Shown here: positions 23,018 to 27,966 of the stretch, piece by piece
Layout: the number at the start of each line of letters is the position of its first letter
How positions within the stretch are numbered: the first letter of the stretch is position 1
Origin: Piromyces finnis finn
Lineage: Eukaryota > Fungi > Neocallimastigomycota
Assembly (NCBI GenBank): GCA_002104945.1
Contig: MCFH01000139.1
Span: forward strand, 1-27,966
Direction: 5' to 3'
DNA: 27,966 nt
The notes under the pieces: generated by a model
Seen by the model: only the letters and a program-made list of their open reading frames with translations
Told to the model about the DNA's origin: nothing
Databases searched by the model: none
Made by a program: the position numbers and the translations under genes

Positions 23018-24051
23018 TGTCACGAATACTAGTGGAATCTGCAATTTCAAGATCACTTGAAATTGTGAATTACTTATAAAATTTCAAAATCAATAATATT
23101 TTATTTTCAAATAAATTATAAAATTATATTAAGAAATATTTAAAAAAATTTAGAAAAGGTTAAGATATGACCTTAACCCTTAATATTTTAATAATAAGTA
23201 ACTTTAACCCTTATCGTCAAAATTAAATAAGGAAAAACATGTGTATCTCCTTAACGAATGGCGATTTTGGATAATTGTGTTTTGGGAGATTGTGGGTTCG
23301 TTAGAAATCCACGCTTGAGATAAACATCATATCTTAAAATCAGGTCGATATCTCTGCTGGTTCACGAGATATTCCAATTTAAAGATATTTTGTTAGTAAT
23401 GATTAATTGTTTATTCAGAGAATGATCACCCCTGATGTATTGAACATAAATCATTCACCCAAAAGGATATAAATTATTGTTTTAATTAAATTAAGATTAT
23501 TTTCCGGAATTAATTAACTTTATTTTATAATAATTATTTCAATAACATAACTTATAATCTTTGAATTAAAAGATTATAAATTATTAATATTATATTCAAT
23601 GAATTATATTATAATTAAGAAATAATTAATATTATAAATATATAAACAATAGTTATTTTTAACAATTAGTAGTAAGTCTTAAGTTTAGCCTTAGTATTAT
23701 AAAATATATTATGAATATAATCATGTACTAAAAAGTTATTTTAGTATTAAATGTAAAATTACAAATAGTATAAATAGTTTAGAATAGTTTTATGAATTAA
23801 ATCTTTGTAAAGATTATTACCTTATTAATACTTACAAGTAATACTATTAAATAATCTTATTATTATATATACTCTTCAAATAAAATAAAAAGAAATTATT
23901 TTAACTATAATACATAATTTAATTATTATTATTCATTTAAAAAACAATTAAGATTATTTTAATAAAACATTTTTTCTAACCTAGTTATCTTTAATCTTTT
24001 ATTTAATTTAATATTTTAATATTAAATTATAAGTTTAGTAAAACTTTTACA
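23018..24051 (+). mobile_element. T-family 5' LTR3 (1034 bp)
   Basis: TGTCACG...TTTTACA; inverted homolog at 26473-27508 with the same termini; followed by a self-complementary PBS and gag. Confidence 0.85.
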
Positions 24052-24062
24052 ATAATCTTTAC
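24052..24062 (+). other. Self-priming PBS (ATAATCTTTAC)
   Basis: Exact reverse complement of GTAAAGATTAT at 23807-23817 inside LTR3; directly abuts the LTR CA. Confidence 0.7.
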
Positions 24063-24116
24063 CGCGTTTTTACCATAACTACCTTAGGAAAAAAACTTAA
24101 TTTAAAAAATTCCAAA

Positions 24117-24930
24117 ATGACTCAACCAACACCTAAACCAGTTCAACAATTTCTAAAGCCTCAAGATTTAGAAGAATTTAAGAAAAATCTTTGTGGTGAA
24201 CTGGATAAGTACATTACTCAACAATTGGACAAAAATACCACCTCCTTATTAGAACGTATGGATGCTATGTTAAAGGAACTCAAGAGCCGTGCTACTTATA
24301 CTGAAACTGAAGAATCTTCTACTAGTTATGATGAAGATCATGATGTTATAATGCGCAATAGAACCTATCCTATAAAACAAGTACCCGATCCAGGATTCTT
24401 TACTGGTGATACTACTCAGACTGAATTATTCTGCGAACTCTGCCAAACTACCTTTAAAACTCCACCTAACAACCAGCTCTCTGAAGAAGTAAAAATTAAC
24501 TTTGTTGTTGTTAGATTACGTGATTCTGCCAGAACTTGGTACCATATTAAATACAAAGATGGAATTGCTCCTATGATCATGAGCGAACTATTAAGTGAGT
24601 TAAACCAAGCCTTTTCAAATGTTACCAGTACTAAATTAGCCATGATTCAATTAATAGAATTAAGACAAGCTTATGGAAAAGTGAATGATTATATTAACAA
24701 ATTTAGAGATTTAAGTCGTTGCTTAGAAATAGATGACACTAGTCTTTCACTATTATTTTTAAATGGATTACATCCAAATATAAGAATGAAATTAAGAAAA
24801 CTGATATTTTACCAAACACTTTAAGTGAAATGGTTACAAAGTGCATAATTTTTGAAAATTCTCTTGCAACCAATAACAAATTAAATATCAATATCAATAA
24901 TAATAATATAATAATAATAATAATAAAAAC
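24117..24930 (+). pseudogene. gag: Ty3/gypsy (retrotransposon gag / PEG10-like) Gag, frameshifted near 24778
   Basis: PDPGFFTG...KINFVVVRLRDSARTWY...LRQ...VNDYINKFRDL...LFLNGL. Adding one A at about 24778 continues the frame as PKYKNEIKK...LSEMVTKCIIFE into an Asn-rich tract. Confidence 0.85.
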
Positions 24931-25236
24931 CAACATTACAACAAGAGAAAAAATAGAAAATTCAATAAGAATAAAACCAATATCAAAATTCAAACAACAA
25001 TAATAATTATGTCAATAAAGTTCAAAAAATTAACCCAAAAAACTAGGAAATGAACTCTCAAGAGAGTCTAAGAGGGTTCATAATACAAAAATAATACATT
25101 ACAACTTTCCTACATATGACTCTAAAATAAAATATAAAATTGCCTACTACATTTTTTAATTTAAAATTTTATATTCCAATTAAATTAAACAAATTTTACG
25201 ATTTTAAAAGATTCAATTAATAAAAATCAATACAAT

Positions 25237-25281
25237 TTAATTTTAGATAGTGGCTCATATTGCAATTTTATTCAATCAACT
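25237..25281 (+). pseudogene. Degenerate aspartic protease remnant (LILDSGSYCNFI)
   Basis: Manual translation; D-S-G at 25246-25254; surrounded by stops; truncated by the LTR at 25339. Confidence 0.65.
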
Positions 25282-25338
25282 TAGTCAATAAAATTAAAAC
25301 TAAAACCACACAAATTATTACATTCAATCGAAATAAAT

Positions 25339-26467
25339 TGTTAAGTTTTTGGGTTTGGTTATGCGGCCAGGTCAGAATGTTATTAATTATATAGTAAAAA
25401 TGTTTTTAAGAAATTAAATTTAATTATAAAATAACACCTTAAACTCCCAAATGAAAATTGAAAAAATTTATATTTACTTTAAAATAACTTTTTATAAATT
25501 TTTTATTTATTTAATAATAATAATATAAATGATATTATAAGTAACTATATAATTAGATTATAACTATAATCTTACAAAGAATTAAAATCGAATTCAATTC
25601 ATTCTCTTTTATATTCTTTGTTCAGATTATTAAATTGATATTAATAAGAATAAAGTATTACATGTAATATATTAGTAATATAATTAAATAAGTAATAAGA
25701 TTGTTTGTTTGTTTGTTTGTTTGTCATGACATAAAATAAAATAAACATATGATTAATCATTTAAACAGTTGATCCTAATTAGTAATTATAAAAACTATTC
25801 AATTAATAATTCATCATTATTAATTGATATTACCATAACATATTTGTTATAATTAAATAATTATTATTTTCAAAATTATTTCTAATAAAACTTGCCGTTA
25901 ACCTATTTATAATAATTAAGATTATTTAATTTATAGGTGTTAACTGTTACACCTAAATGGGTCTAGTTCTATTTTTTAGTAACAATCGTTATCATTAATT
26001 AAATTAATATAACTAAAATTTCTATTGATATATTTTTAATTTCATCAAGTCATAAGAAATATTTATGATCCATACTTGATATCATATTGATTTTAATTTA
26101 CCTAATAAAATCTTTAAATGATCATAACTTCCTTAAATGATCAGTTAGAAGGACCGCGATTGTACCAAATTGTAGCTTTCTTCCTAAGCTTTCCAATAAA
26201 CCTAGTTTTCATCACCGTAGTACTTATAGCCGTAGCGATCGTTTTTGGCGATTACACCTTATTTCGTACTTGCTTATTTTTGGTTAAGGGTTATAGTGTA
26301 TTGATATTAAATTTTTGAAATCATAAACCCTTTCACTGAATCAAAATTTAAAAGGTGACTTTTAAAAGTGTTTTAAAATATTATTGAAATTATTTAATTA
26401 TAATTATTAGTTTAATTAATTATAGATATTATCTGAATTTGTTTTAAATCCAGTTAATATCTCCACA
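25339..26467 (-). mobile_element. T-family LTR1-like copy (1129 bp), inverted
   Basis: Reverse-complement homology to 20790-21787 with about 120 bp extra at about 25784-25900; flanks differ (no TSD). Confidence 0.85.
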
Positions 26468-26472
26468 ATTAT

Positions 26473-27508
26473 TGTAAAAGTTTTACTAAAACTTATAATT
26501 TAATATTAAAATATAAATTAAATAAAAGGTTAAAAGATAACTAGGTTAGAAAAAAAAAAATGTTTTATTAAAATAATCTTAATTGATTTATAATGAATAA
26601 TTATATTATGTATTATAGTTAAAATAATTCCTTTTTATTTATTTAAAGAATATATATAATAATAAGATTATTTAATAGTAATACTTATTAAGTATTAATA
26701 AGATAATAATCTTTACAAAGATTTAATTCATAAAACTATTCTAAACTATTTATACTATTTGTAATTTTACATTTAATAATAAAATAACTTTTCAATACAT
26801 GATTATATTCATAATATATTTTATAATACTTAAACTAAACTTAAGACTTATTCCTAATTATTAAAAAATAAACTATTGTTTATAATATTCATAATATTAA
26901 TTATTTCTTAATTATAATATAATTCATTGAATATAATATTAATAATTATAATCCTCTAGTTCAAAGATTATAAATTATGTTATTGAAATAATATTATAAA
27001 ATAAAGTTAATTTAGTTCCGGAAAATAATTTTAATTTAATTAAACAATAATTTTTTTATACTTTGAGTGAATGATTTATGTTTGATATATCAGGGGTGAT
27101 CATTCTCTGAATAAACAATTAATCATTGCTAACAAAAATATCTTTAAATTGGAATATCTCGTGAACCAGCAGAGATATTGACCTGATTTTAAGATATGTT
27201 GTTTGTCTCGAGCGTGGCTTTCTAACGAACGTAATTATAACCAAAATATTATTATTCAAAATCGTCATTCGTTGAGGAGATACGCGTGTTTTTTCTTATT
27301 CCATTTTAACGATAAGGGTTAAAGTTATTTATTATAAAAATTATTAAGGGTTAAGGTCATATTTTAACCTTTTTCTAAATTTTTAAATATTTCTTAATAA
27401 AATTTTATAATTTATTTGAAATAAAATATTTGTTGATTTTGAATTTTCATAAGTGATTTCACAATTCCAAGTGATCTTGAAATTGTAATTTCACTAGTAT
27501 TCGTGACA
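26473..27508 (-). mobile_element. T-family LTR3-like copy (1036 bp), inverted; possibly a 3' LTR
   Basis: Reverse-complement homology to 23018-24051; on the minus strand it is preceded by purine-rich GGCGGAGCGA (27509-18, PPT candidate). Confidence 0.85.
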
Positions 27509-27966
27509 TCGCTCCGCCAAAAAAATCGAATACCAGGCGATTGAAATAATATAAAAATAAAGTTGTATAATAAAAGTATAATTGAAATAATTGAAGTAGT
27601 ATATATTAAATATAAACCAATATATAGTTGTATGTGTAACATGAAATAAAATGGTAACTAAATAAAGAATATATTTAATATAATATGTTGAATATATTGC
27701 AATATATGAAATAAAATTAAAAAACATTTTCTTGTGTAACATTCAGTCAAATTCATAAAATTTTTGAAAGAAATGTTGAAATTTAAATTGATCATTGAGT
27801 TGAAAAAATTGAAATTCGTACGAAAAATTAAAAATTGAATAAGAAATATTATTCCTAGGATATTGAAACACTTTTTATTTTTGAAAAATGTTAACATTTG
27901 CTAAAATAATTGAAATTTCAAAAATTGATCAAATAAACTTTAATTAATATGATTTTGAAAAAAAAA

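Noticed and set aside
20927-23212. piggyBac-like MITE ends (TTAA-CCCT...AGGG-TTAA)
   Set aside because: There are no extended terminal inverted repeats, and the motifs sit at a fixed internal position of TSD-flanked LTRs.
20785-24051. CRISPR array
   Set aside because: The repeats are only 5 bp, the units are about 1-kb LTRs, there are no cas genes, and the context is eukaryotic.
20790-24056. Circularly permuted 3.27-kb element or higher-order satellite
   Set aside because: The apparent permutation is explained by separate LTRs with TG...CA ends, 5-bp spacers, and a PBS plus gag after LTR3.
21924-27897. Small ORFs at 21924, 24416, 24739, 26118, 27412, 27494 and 27658
   Set aside because: They lie in LTRs, antisense to gag, or in AT-rich flank; no recognisable domain, including no chromodomain.

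Overview
Extremely AT-rich eukaryotic DNA with long poly-A/T tracts. An anaerobic gut fungus (Neocallimastigomycota) is plausible, but that is inferred from composition only. No host protein-coding gene is evident; the window is almost entirely LTR retrotransposon material plus two tRNA genes. (1) 1-15403 is a giant fold-back palindrome centred at about 7590-7823. It duplicates a Ty3/gypsy element (gag with CCHC knuckle, -1 frameshift signal, protease, RT, RNase H, integrase, 3' LTR) that has no 5' LTR. The indel pattern points to a long-read fold-back artefact. (2) 14111-17657 is a head-to-tail stack of LTRs (here 'L0' and a TGATA...TATCA 'V family'). The last one is followed by a tRNA-Tyr-type PBS and a non-coding internal region. 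(3) A tRNA-Gly(TCC)/tRNA-Thr(TGT) pair sits 7 nt apart on the minus strand. (4) 20790-27508 holds LTRs of a second family ('T family') with a Tf1-like self-priming signature and a degenerate gag-protease. Main finding: T-family LTRs have inserted at exactly the same position (5-bp TSD at +48..+52, immediately after CTGAT) of V-family LTRs in two separate host copies. At one site three diverged LTRs are stacked, each separated by the same TTTAA. This suggests a retrotransposon that site-specifically targets another retrotransposon's LTR.
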